Below are positions 41,163 to 51,800 of a DNA stretch of 64,000 nucleotides, piece by piece. How positions within the stretch are numbered: position 1 is the stretch's first letter; the number at the start of each line of letters is the position of its first letter. The notes under the pieces are model-generated. The model had not been told where the DNA came from and did not search any database. It saw only the letters and a program-made list of their open reading frames with translations. Origin of the DNA: Macrostomum lignano. Its lineage: Eukaryota. The position numbers and the translations under genes are program-made. The stretch spans positions 558,001 to 622,000 of the forward strand of contig NIVC01000041.1 in NCBI GenBank assembly GCA_002269645.1, written 5' to 3'.

Positions 41163-43973
41163 TTATTCCATCGCAGCGTCTAAACAACTTAAACAGCTTA
41201 TCAGATTCTGCATGGTAACAATTTCGGCTCTCCGACGCATCGCCGATTCGTTGCGACGGCCAGCTGGCCAGCCGATGCGGAGCGGGCAAAACCGGGAACA
41301 TCCAACTGTTGACGTGGTTTCAGACAGGCAAACCGTCTGTCCAGGAAAGCGGAACGAGTCGATGTCGGGCCGCTTGAACAGGCCCGACTGAAGGCCGTTC
41401 CCGAGTTCCAGCAGCCCGTCAAAGATGAGGTCGCAGTCGCGGTACACGAAGAACAGCGGCCTGCGGGTGCCCAAGCAGTGCTGCAGCAGGGACCTGGCGT
41501 GGCTGCCTTCACGGCGCAGCTCCTCGAACAGCGGCTCGTCCAGCACAAATAGGAAAATGGTTTGATGAAGCTGCTGCTCCAGTAGCTGCTGCGGGCCGAT
41601 ATTTACTGGCTTCGAATCCAAGTGGCTTAACCTTACTGGAACTTGATCCCTAGCCGTACTCTTACAATATCCATTCCATAATTTACATTCCCAGAATCAA
41701 TCCCCAATCTCGATTCCAAAATCATTAATCCAGACTTCTTCAGCAATCCCTGTTTAAAGAATCCCCATTTCCAATTCCAAGCATCCCCAATCCAAATGTC
41801 CAGCAGGTCTCACCGACATCACCCAATCAGAGTAGCAAAATCCATCATCTGCAGCGAAGGTCCAGTCAGTCTCAAAGCAGACATCGTAGGGAATGAGCTC
41901 CACGCTGGCGGGCTCCGCACAGGCAATGCATTTGCCCAACTGCGGGTCCAAGTCCGCCAAACTGACGGCTCCGCTAGCGCAGATGCGCACAGCGGCGCGG
42001 CGAAGCATTGGGCCAGCCGGCTGCGCTGGCGGCGGCGCACAGTTCGACGGATTTGCATCTTCGAGCAGCTCGAACAGAATGACGGCCGCCAGTTCCAGAC
42101 GATTTCTGTCGATCGATCCGACGAGAAAGCCGCGAACTTGGTTGACAGCCTGCCTGCTGATGTGCTGCACCAGCTGGTCCTGACATGTGACATGGAAGTT
42201 GTATAAAACGTAATGTAATAGCTTAGCAGCACTCTCACACAGCAGCAGTGCAGCACTCTCTCACACAGCAGCAGTGCAGCACTTTATCACAGCAGCAGTG
42301 CAGCACTCTCTCACAGCAGCAGTGCAGCACTCTCTCACACAGCAGCAGTGCAGCACTTTATCACAGCAGCAGTGCAGCAATCTCTCACAGCAGCAGTGCA
42401 GCACTCTCTCACAGCAGCAGTGCAGCACTTTATCACAGCAGCAGTGCAGCACTCTCTCACAGCAGCAGTGCAGCACTCTCTCACAGCAGCAGTGCAGCAC
42501 TCTCTCTCAGCAGCAGTGCAGCACTCTCTCTCACAGCAGCAGTGCAGCACTCTCTCACAGCAGCAGTGCAGCACTCTCTCACAGCAGCAGTGCAGCACTC
42601 TCTCACAGCAGCAGTGCAGCACTCTCGCTCAGCAGCAGTGCAGCACTCTCTCTCACAGCAGCAGTGCAGCACTCTCTCACAGCAGCAGTGCAGCACTCTC
42701 TCACAGCAGCAGTGCAGCACTCTCTCACAGCAGCAGTGCAGCACTCTCTCACAGCAGCAGTGCAGCACTCTCTCACAGCAGCAGTGCAGCACTCTCTCAC
42801 AGCAGCAGTGCAGCACTCTCTCACAGCAGCAGTGCAGCACTCTCTCTCACAGCAGCAGTGCAGCACTCTCTCACAGCAGCAGTGCAGCACTCTCTCACAG
42901 CAGCAGTGCAGCACTCTCTCTCACAGCAGCAGTGCAGCACTCTCTCACAGCAGCAGTGCAGCACTCTCTCACAGCAGCAGTGCAGCACTCTCTCACAGCA
43001 GCAGTGCAGCACTCTCTCACAGCAGCAGTGCAGCACTCTCTCACAGCAGCAGTGCAGCACTCTCTCTCACAGCAGCAGTGCAGCACTCTCTCACAGAAGC
43101 AGTGCAGCACTCTCTCTCACAGCAGCAGTGCAGTACTCTCTCACAGCAGCAGTGCAGCACTCTCACACAGCAGCAGTGCAGCACTCTCACACAGCAGCAG
43201 TGCAGCACTCTCTCATACAGCAGCAGTGCAGCACTCACACACAGCAGCAGTGCAGCACTCGCACACAGCAGCATATCACACATGACACCATAGCACATCA
43301 TAGCACTCACCACGCTCATGCCCATTATGGTCTGAAAGTCCAGGTTCTGAACCAAGCCAATGTTGACTACAAAATCGTGACCCAACACCGGGTTCTGAAG
43401 CCGAGCCAGGTACAACTTGAATAGAGATTCTCCTCTGCTACTGCTGTCGCCCAGAGGAGACTGCAGTCGCTGTGCCAGCTGCACAGACTTGGCCTCTGCC
43501 AGGTGTACAAGACCGGCAAGAGACCCAGACCCGAAGCTGCGCAGGTGGTCGCAGCGCCGCAGGAAGTCAGCAAACCGAATCAGCTTGCTTGAACGATCTG
43601 CAAGATTCTCCTCCCACAGGTGCAGCAGTTTCACCAGGCAGCACCGCAGCTCTGCAAAGTCCTCTGGCTGCAGCTGGTACAGCTGCTGAACTGTCACCAG
43701 CTGGTCCATCAGTTTAACTAACAGCACTTCGCCTCTAAGGCTCATCGCTTCATTGGATGTCAGGTTAACAAGACGGAGTATGTCTCCAGTGGATTCACTG
43801 TGGACAATGCTGTGCAGCGCACTCAGTAGGTCAGTCAGAATCAGCTTTGATGCTTCGGGTAAATAGCCAAATAAGGCGAGTGGCAGTGAGCCATGCCTGT
43901 CTAAGACCTCATCATCTCTATTGTTGTTGGGTGGCTGCTCCATGTCTGACATTGCTGCAATGTAGAATGCCAT
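41163..43973 (-). CDS. Unknown protein, paralog 2; complement(join(41163..41588,41814..42179,43311..43973))
   Basis: Exon 1 is the same length as in paralog 1 (663 nt) and nearly identical; exon 2 lacks the SPLSPLRQLLHSLAGRLAGRG segment; the C-terminus diverges after FRFPG. Confidence 0.65.
42225..43272. repeat. ~24-bp CAGCAGCAGTGCAGCACTCTCTCA array in intron 1 of paralog 2
   Basis: Directly visible; longer than its counterpart in paralog 1. Confidence 0.95.
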
Positions 43974-44029
43974 TCAAGTTGGTAAGTAAATGGAGTTTTG
44001 TCTAAAGCAGATTGGGGTTTACTGTTTAC

Positions 44030-44700
44030 GTAATTCCTGTCCTGTCCAATCCCCACCTAAGGTGTGACTGTATTAAAATAAATTCGTGTCCAATCTCTAC
44101 TAAAGTGGGACTGTATTTACCTAATTCCTGCCCAATATCTACCTAAGGCGTGACTATTAAAATAAATTCCTGTCCAATCCCCACCTAAGGTGTGACTGTA
44201 TTAAAATAAATTCCTGTCCAATCCCCACCTAAGGCGTGACTGTATTAAAATAAATTCCTGTCCAATCCCCACCTAAGGTGTGACTGTATTAAAATAAATT
44301 CCTGTCCAATCCCCACCTAAGGCGTGACCATATTAAAATAAATTCGTGTCCAATCTCTACTAAAGTGGGACTGTATTTACCTAATTCCTGTCCGATATCT
44401 ACCTAAGGCGTGACTATTAAAATAAATTCCTGTCCAATCCCCACCTAAGGTGTGACTGTATTAAAATAAATTCCTGTCTAATCCCCACCTAAGGCGTGAC
44501 TGTATTAAAATAAATTCCTGTCCAATCCCCACCTAAGGCGTGACCATATTAAAATAAATTCCTGTCCAATCCCCACCTAAGGTGTGACTGTATTAAAATA
44601 AATTCCTGTCTAATCCCCACCTAAGGCGTGACTGTATTAAAATAAATTCCTGTCCAATCCCCACCTAAGGCGTGACCATATTAAAATAAATTCCTGTCTA
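44030..44700. repeat. Composite ~43-bp array upstream of paralog 2
   Basis: Same family as 38625..39450 but with a different mix of units. Confidence 0.9.
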
Positions 44701-45858
44701 ATTTCTACCTAAATTAAGACTATAATAATTACCTAATTTGTCCCATCTTATTTAAGGCATACTGATGTTTAACCATATGCTTATATATACATGCCCAACA
44801 CCCATCTAACCTATTTAAACCAGACAGATAAAATGGCTGCAGGCCAAGGTAAGTCACAAAATCAAAAATGCAAAAAACAAAAATTGGGAGAGGGAATAAA
44901 GGGGAGGAAAAGAAAAGGAAAAGAAAAGAAGAAGAGTGAGGGGGAAAGAGGAGAAAGAAAGAAAAGAAAAAAGAAAAGGCAAGAAAAGTCATATACAAAG
45001 TGAAAATTAAGTTGCAATTAGGGGAACTAAGTCACAATGGGGTGGAACTAAGTCCCAAATCTGGGCAAAACTAAGTTGCACTGGATAGGTGAAATTTTGA
45101 GGTTTCATGTATATGCTTTTAAATACCAAATGGACAATATTTAATACAAATATGCAGATATTTAAATAAAATAAATCAAACAAAATAGAATTTACATGCA
45201 AAAAATATAATAAAAAACACTAAAAAATAAGCAACAAAAAATGTATATTATTTTTGCCCAGCAACTTCAGCAAACTGTAGCAAGTTGCAAAGTAAGTGTA
45301 CAAAAGCTTATTATAAATAAGAGTACATATACATAGATAAATACAATTTACTTAAGTCTATAGTCTATAATATATATTAGTATATATTAATAAGGTCTGA
45401 AAGATTGGATCACAACTGGCTTTTATTTAGCATATCAGTTGACTGGCTGAATTGTGTCACTATAAAACATGACTTCCATCATAAGACTGCATTAAAACTT
45501 AGAATTAATTTGGATTGAATTATTATTGCCTTTTGATTTTCTTGCCAACTTTAATAGAGAAATGATATTGACTGAGAAAATTGATTGCATTATATTTGTC
45601 TCCTATATGACTTTTACTGACTTGATATGAGAGCAGATTTATAATACAAGTCATATTGATATAGTTCTTGTCATTGAGTGGTCAAAAGCCAGATTAGACA
45701 TGAACAGGCTAAAATATTAGGCCTAATATAGCAACCTGCTTTAAAACTTTGATTTTTAGAAGTTCTTTCAAAGATGAAAATAAAAATTAATAAACAAAAC
45801 AAAAAAACAAAAACTAACAATAAAAGAGCAATTTTTTAAAGGCAGTGCTTATCCCCAC

Positions 45859-48800
45859 CGAAGAGCTTGCGTGCACGGCGGCCGTGCATATAGTATAAGA
45901 ATTGCGTGAACGGCTGCCGTGCACGTAATGTTCTACTTACGTGCACGGCGGCCGTGCATATAATATAAGAATTGCGTGCACGGCGGCCGTGCATATAGTA
46001 TAAGAATTGCGTGAACGGCTGCCGTGCACGTAATGTTCTACTTACGTGCACGGCGGCCGTGCATATAATATAAGAATTGCGTGAACGGCTGCCGTGCACG
46101 TAATGCTATGCTTGCGTGCACGGCGGGCGTGCATAAGATAGGCATTATTTGCGTGAACGACGGATGTTCTAATTGCATGCACGGTGGCAGCCGTTGCGAA
46201 TACTTTGGACTTGCACATGTACCATGTATGTACCATGTAAGAAACAATTAACACATAGCAATTTATTTAAGTGTAATTATACATGTAGACAGTACTAACC
46301 ATGCAGTTTAAATTGTTACTATATAAGCACTGATGTTCTTCTCTACGTCCCCTGGCCTGATTCGGAACGTGAATTCTCGAATTCTCAATTGTTGGACCAA
46401 ATTATAATGCCGCTGTGCCAGCTTTGCTACAATAGACAAAAGCTCCATTACAGTGTCAAACGAATACAGCTCAATAATATTGAAAATTCGCCACCCTTTC
46501 GCCCCAGTGAGCAGTGTCTTTCGACCAGCGTCCATCACCTGGCCAACCATTTGGATATAAAAATGCTTGTGATGAGGACGCACTTTTTCCCAAATCCCGC
46601 GCTAGCACATGGACTCTAAACTTACCAGCCTACTAACAGTGGGCAATGGGTATTTTTATCCTTTTTCTGCGAATTGTCATAGAATCTATACTAGATATAA
46701 TGTCTGGTCATACTAGTAGTCATAATAACATAGGCGCAGCTTCTTGGGTCATAAATCATCGCTTTCGAAGCTGGTCTGACAGCCACCTGCGCCTCACTCA
46801 GTGTTGAGGCGGGCGCCAGATGGTCTGAGAGGATGCAGGCGGTAGCTTTTTTCTCATCATTTTGACAGGCCATCAAGATATATGAGGTCAGAGCCTATTG
46901 TTCGTGTTCACTCAAGCGTGTGACAGCTTTGACAGCTATGCGTTTTACCCCTAAAAGTACCTTGGGATTAGCGATTAGCAATTTCTCTTCATTATCTTCA
47001 TTATCTATTTAATAAGAGCTTTCTAATGTATATTTTTTCATTAATTTCTGTCAATCCTACGCGAAAAGTCATAAATCATTTTGTTGCGATTTTGAGTGAT
47101 TTATGGCCGCACCTGTCATCTTTTTACGACCCTGTGGGAACTGATAGGATCTCTCGGTCACGTGATTCTGGGTAGCAACAAGCTTAGCCAATCAGAAAAT
47201 TCGGCGCTCATTTTAACAAAACGGCTCAGCCAATCAGAATCGACGTGTTCCATTATAACAAACTGCGGTCCAGTTGGCGGCTATTTAAACCGGTGTTTTT
47301 GGCCCGCTTGGACCTCAACTTTCCTGGTTCCTGCTCCACCGGCCAGGAACTGACCGTCGTTTCTTGATCCCCGGATTATGACTTCTCCCCATCATCATCA
47401 AGGACGAGTCCCCCGGTCATCAGCAGCGAACATCAAGTGAAGAGCATCACCTGCTAGCTAACAGCGAAGATTGTGACCTCAGCATCATCCCGAGTCTACA
47501 GCTGCAGAGCGTCAAGCCGATTCGGTCACTGTGGATTACCGATTCTGGATCTGGATTCTGGTCTCCGGCTGTTGAGTTTCTGATTGGTTGGGTGAGAGGC
47601 TACCTAGACTTGCTTGATTGGGTGATCCCTTATCTGTCCCCTGTTTCAGTAGCTGAATTAGGCGCACACTTTTGCTCTTTTTGTTCAGTAGTGCTGTTGC
47701 TGAGGCAGAAATCATTCAATAATACTGCTAGTAGTCTAAGACTCCAATTCAATCTGAAGTGTGAAGTGAACTAAGGAGAAGGTTAAATCTAACAGTTATT
47801 TTTATTGGTTTTATTTCTTTGTTCGCCGATGGCTCAGATGAGTAGCTAAGCTAGTAGGCGCCGGTCACAGTGGACCAATGGCAAGGCAGTTCTCAGTCGA
47901 CCAATCTATCAAATCAACGAGCAAAACTGCCAGAAGTGCAGAATCGGCGCCAGAGATGTACTTTGTGCACTCTAGGGTAGCCAAGCGGCTCGGGTAAATG
48001 AATCATGCGGTCTCTGAAGTTCGAGTTAGTCTATCATCAGCGCTATGAGAGGCTAGTTGGCGCGTTGAAGGCCAAAAGTACATATCTTCGTATTTAGCAA
48101 TGTAATAGTACATGTAGCTACCCCATAGACTCGCCACCGCAAGAATCCCCTGCACAAGTCCTTTCTGTACCTGCATGGCCAATGCGATCTAGTCCCAGCA
48201 GTGTCCCGTATCATCGGCTATGACTTCGAGATTGACAGCAAAAAGACACTAGTTGGCAGGTAAGTGCAAAGCCCCTTCTAGTCGGAAGCCCGGTTTCGAG
48301 AGTCCCGGTGTGGTGAGCCAGGGCGCACGGGCTGGTGGCAGCAAGTTAGTTGATCTGTGGATTAGCTAATTTCTACTTTCAAAATTCTCCCTGCTCGTCT
48401 CTCGCTGTCCCTCTCTTAGCTATAGGACCTAGACTGCTCGCCACACGATCAAGCTACCATGGGGCTGACCATCTGACAGGAGTGGGGGGCCAGGTCTCTA
48501 ATTGATTTATTTCTGAGCCTGAGGCCCGAAGGCTTCCCTAACAAGGAGCCCGAAGGTCGAAATCCATCACTTGAAAAAAACTATTAAAACCGGGCGGTAG
48601 CTTTAATCCATCCAATCTTCGCCCTCCGCTCTTCCCTATCTTTTCACCCAGCCCAACTCTGCGTCGTGTGGCCATAGCGCAAGTTGCGTCACTGAAAAGT
48701 CAATACTGAGCTAGAATTTAATGCGCACAAAGGTGGCGACTTTTTAATGTTGTTGAGTGTATATTAAAGCAATTGGAAAAATTATAACTTACAGAAAAGG

Positions 48801-51800
48801 TGACCATTGCAAAATGGCTACTTGGAAATTATTGCATGATTGTAGTGTGTATTTTCCAAAACTGCGCAATAACTACAATAAAATGCCTGAACTTGCAAGC
48901 TGTGAACAAAAAGATCGAGAAAAATAGCTGGGTCACAATCACATACACGCACACACACACCAAGTACTAATTAACTGTGTACAGTAGCTATTGCTGTTAT
49001 TACAACATAGAAAGTGAATTGTTACTTGAAAGGCTTGTGATCACAAAACGCTTTGTCTAGCGCAGTCAAAATGATGCCACAACTGGCACGAGTCACAAAG
49101 GATAGAACGGCCACTTGATAGCTCTTTACGACAGCTTCCACAAAAGTGCTGGGGCGCACGCAGGGATTTCGTTATCATTTGCAGCAGTCGAGTTGTATCG
49201 ACGTAATTGACCAGAAGTGCGACAGAACTACTGACATCTTCTTCGATGAACTGAGACGGAAGGTTATGAACCTCGACAGGCGCAACAGGCTCGCCTCCCT
49301 TCATAAGAGCATCAGCGCGCCGAGAGTCAAAAAGCCAGGTTAACATGGCTACAAAGTTACAAATCATATAGCTCGTAGTCATTTAAAGGAATGCAGCAAC
49401 CAAAAAGCAGAGCATATAAAAACCGATTTATACTTACTTTTGACTTTATTTTTGTTGTCCAGTTCGGAGAACGCACGAGGTCCGCGAAGGCGTCTTCTCT
49501 TGATTCCAGTTACAGTCGTATCAGAACCTCTCGGTCGACCTCGTCGCTTACAGGCAGCTGGAAGTGACAAGCCTGCCAATCGCTCAGCCTCAGCACGACG
49601 CTCAGCTTCGGCGAGTCGCTCAGCTTCGGTGAGTCGCTCAGCTTCGGCGAGTCGCTCAGCTTCGGCGAGTCGCTCAGCTTCGGCGAGTCGCTCAGCCTCC
49701 AGACGCTTAGCTTCGGCGAGTCGCTCAGCTTCGGCGAGTCGCTCAGCCTCCAGACGCTTAGCTTCGGCGAGTCGCTCAGCTTCGGCGAGTCGCTCAGCTT
49801 CGGCGAGTCGCTCAGCTTCGGCGAGTCGCTCAGCCTCAGCACGACGCTTAGCTTCGGAGAGTCGCTCAGCTTCGGCGAGTCGCTCAGCCTCCAGACGCTC
49901 AGCTTCGGCGAGTCGCTCAGCTTCGGCGAGTCGCTCAGCTTCGGCGAGTCGCTCAGCCTCAGCACGACGCTTAGCTTCTGCGAGTCGCTGAGCCTCAGCA
50001 CGACGCTTAGCTTCGGCGAGTCGCTCAGCTTCGGCGAGTCGCTCAGCTTCGGCGAGTCGCTCAGCTTCGGCGAGTCGCTCAGCTTCGGCGAGTCGCTCAG
50101 CCTCAGCACGACGCTTAGCTTCTGCGAGTCGCTGAGCCTCAGCACGACGCTTAGCTTCGGCGAGTCGCTCAGCTTCGGCGAGTCGCTCAGCTTCGGCGAG
50201 TCGCTCAGCTTCGACGAGTCGCTCAGCTTCAGCGAGTCGCTCAGCCTTATCACGACGCTCAGCTTCGGCGAGTCGTTCAGCTTCGGCGAGTCGCTCAGCT
50301 TTGGCGAGTTGCGCTGCTTCCTGTTGTTTGGTCCTGGCCTGTTGTTCTGAATCGACCAGTCGCTCGGTGTTCTCTGTTCTCTTAAATGAAAGCCGAACAG
50401 CAACTAAAAAATACTTTGCAAGCTTTGCAACTTTTAACCCAATAACATATATGGCCGCAATACTTACCCCCAGGAGCGCATCAATGTCGAATGTGTCAAA
50501 AACATTGTCGTCAGATGTGCTTGTCCGGTCTCCTTGAGGCAGGTGTTGGAGTGGTTCGCGTCGGAGTGGCTCACTCTGAATTTCGATACCGAGAGCCGTA
50601 CCTTCCTTCCAGGCTTGCAGCACGTACTCCAAGAGCGATATTCGCCTGTTAAATTCAGTCATCCCTACGGATGACGCGACCTGTGCCAGTTCGATGCAAA
50701 CTGAGTGAGCCTTGCGAAATTTCTGCGTCTCCGTCAAAACCCGCTTCTCCTTTTTCTCAGTCGTATGGACAGTAACGGAGCTGTCGGTTGATGGCATTTC
50801 TGTCACGGAAAGCCAGTAACGTTGCAGCCACCTCTGTGGAACTAAGTTCTCATGAAACAATGGAAGGAGCTCCTGCTCCCTGAGTCGCAGAATATGCCTG
50901 CATGGCAGCAGAAAAGCATTAAAAGCGGCGCACTGGCACGACTGCCTGGTAACTGAAAGAATGCCTTCCCGGTTTTTTGACAGTCCATCATTGACAGTAG
51001 TTGATGAAATGTGCCCAGCTTCCTTCTGAACATGTGCAAAGGCATACGGTGTGAGTACTCGGTAGTATGAGTACAGAAAACTTGTGCGCGGCGGCGGTGG
51101 CATTGGTCTGTTCAGTGCATCAAATGATTGATGATTCAGCTCCTCGTCGGTTGCTCGAAGCACGAGGAGAAGGTCGCCAACGAAGGACGTCATCTCTGCA
51201 TTGCGCCCAGTGACACCTTTCACCCGTCGATGGAAGCTTTCTAGTCGCTGAGTACCGGTCAAGCCAATGTTCATGCTGAGCTTTGTGTAGCACCACGCCC
51301 ACTGTTGCCTGCAGCCATACCAGTTTTTGTCGAAATACTCCATAAATCTCGGCGATCCCAAATGCTGCAGTTCGCTGTAAAGGCTTTCAAACTTCGCTTG
51401 CGTTGCTGAGTGGACCATTTTTTGGAGATTCTCAATGATTGCATTTTTCTGAGATGCCGTGATGCCCATTTGGCTTTCCGTCACCTGGCGCCTGAAGGTG
51501 CGTAAAACGTGAAATTGACATAAATTTGCCTCGGCATTCGAGAAACACTGAGTCAGTATTTTCAGCGCTGTCAAATCTTTATCAACTAACAGGGATCGGA
51601 CCTTGTCACATGATTTAAAAGTACGTTGAAAAAAATTTATAGCAGTAGTCACAGTATCTGCTTCTTCATTTGCCGTTAGGATGACTGCCACTACTCGACT
51701 ATTGCCATTACCATCAACAACCATCGGCAAGAACAGTGGCATATTACGGTTGTTGACCTTATAGGTAGCGTCAAAAATCAGAACTTCTGGATATGCTTCG

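Noticed and set aside
47049-47795. Solo LTR (TGT...ACA with CCAAT and TATA-like boxes)
   Set aside because: No matching TSD, PBS or PPT found; kept only as unexplained MULE cargo.
48505-48570. Hammerhead-like ribozyme (CTGAG...GAAA with hairpins); also CTGATGAG at ~54591
   Set aside because: The CUGANGA core is not matched at 48.5 kb, and GAAA does not follow stem II at 54.6 kb.
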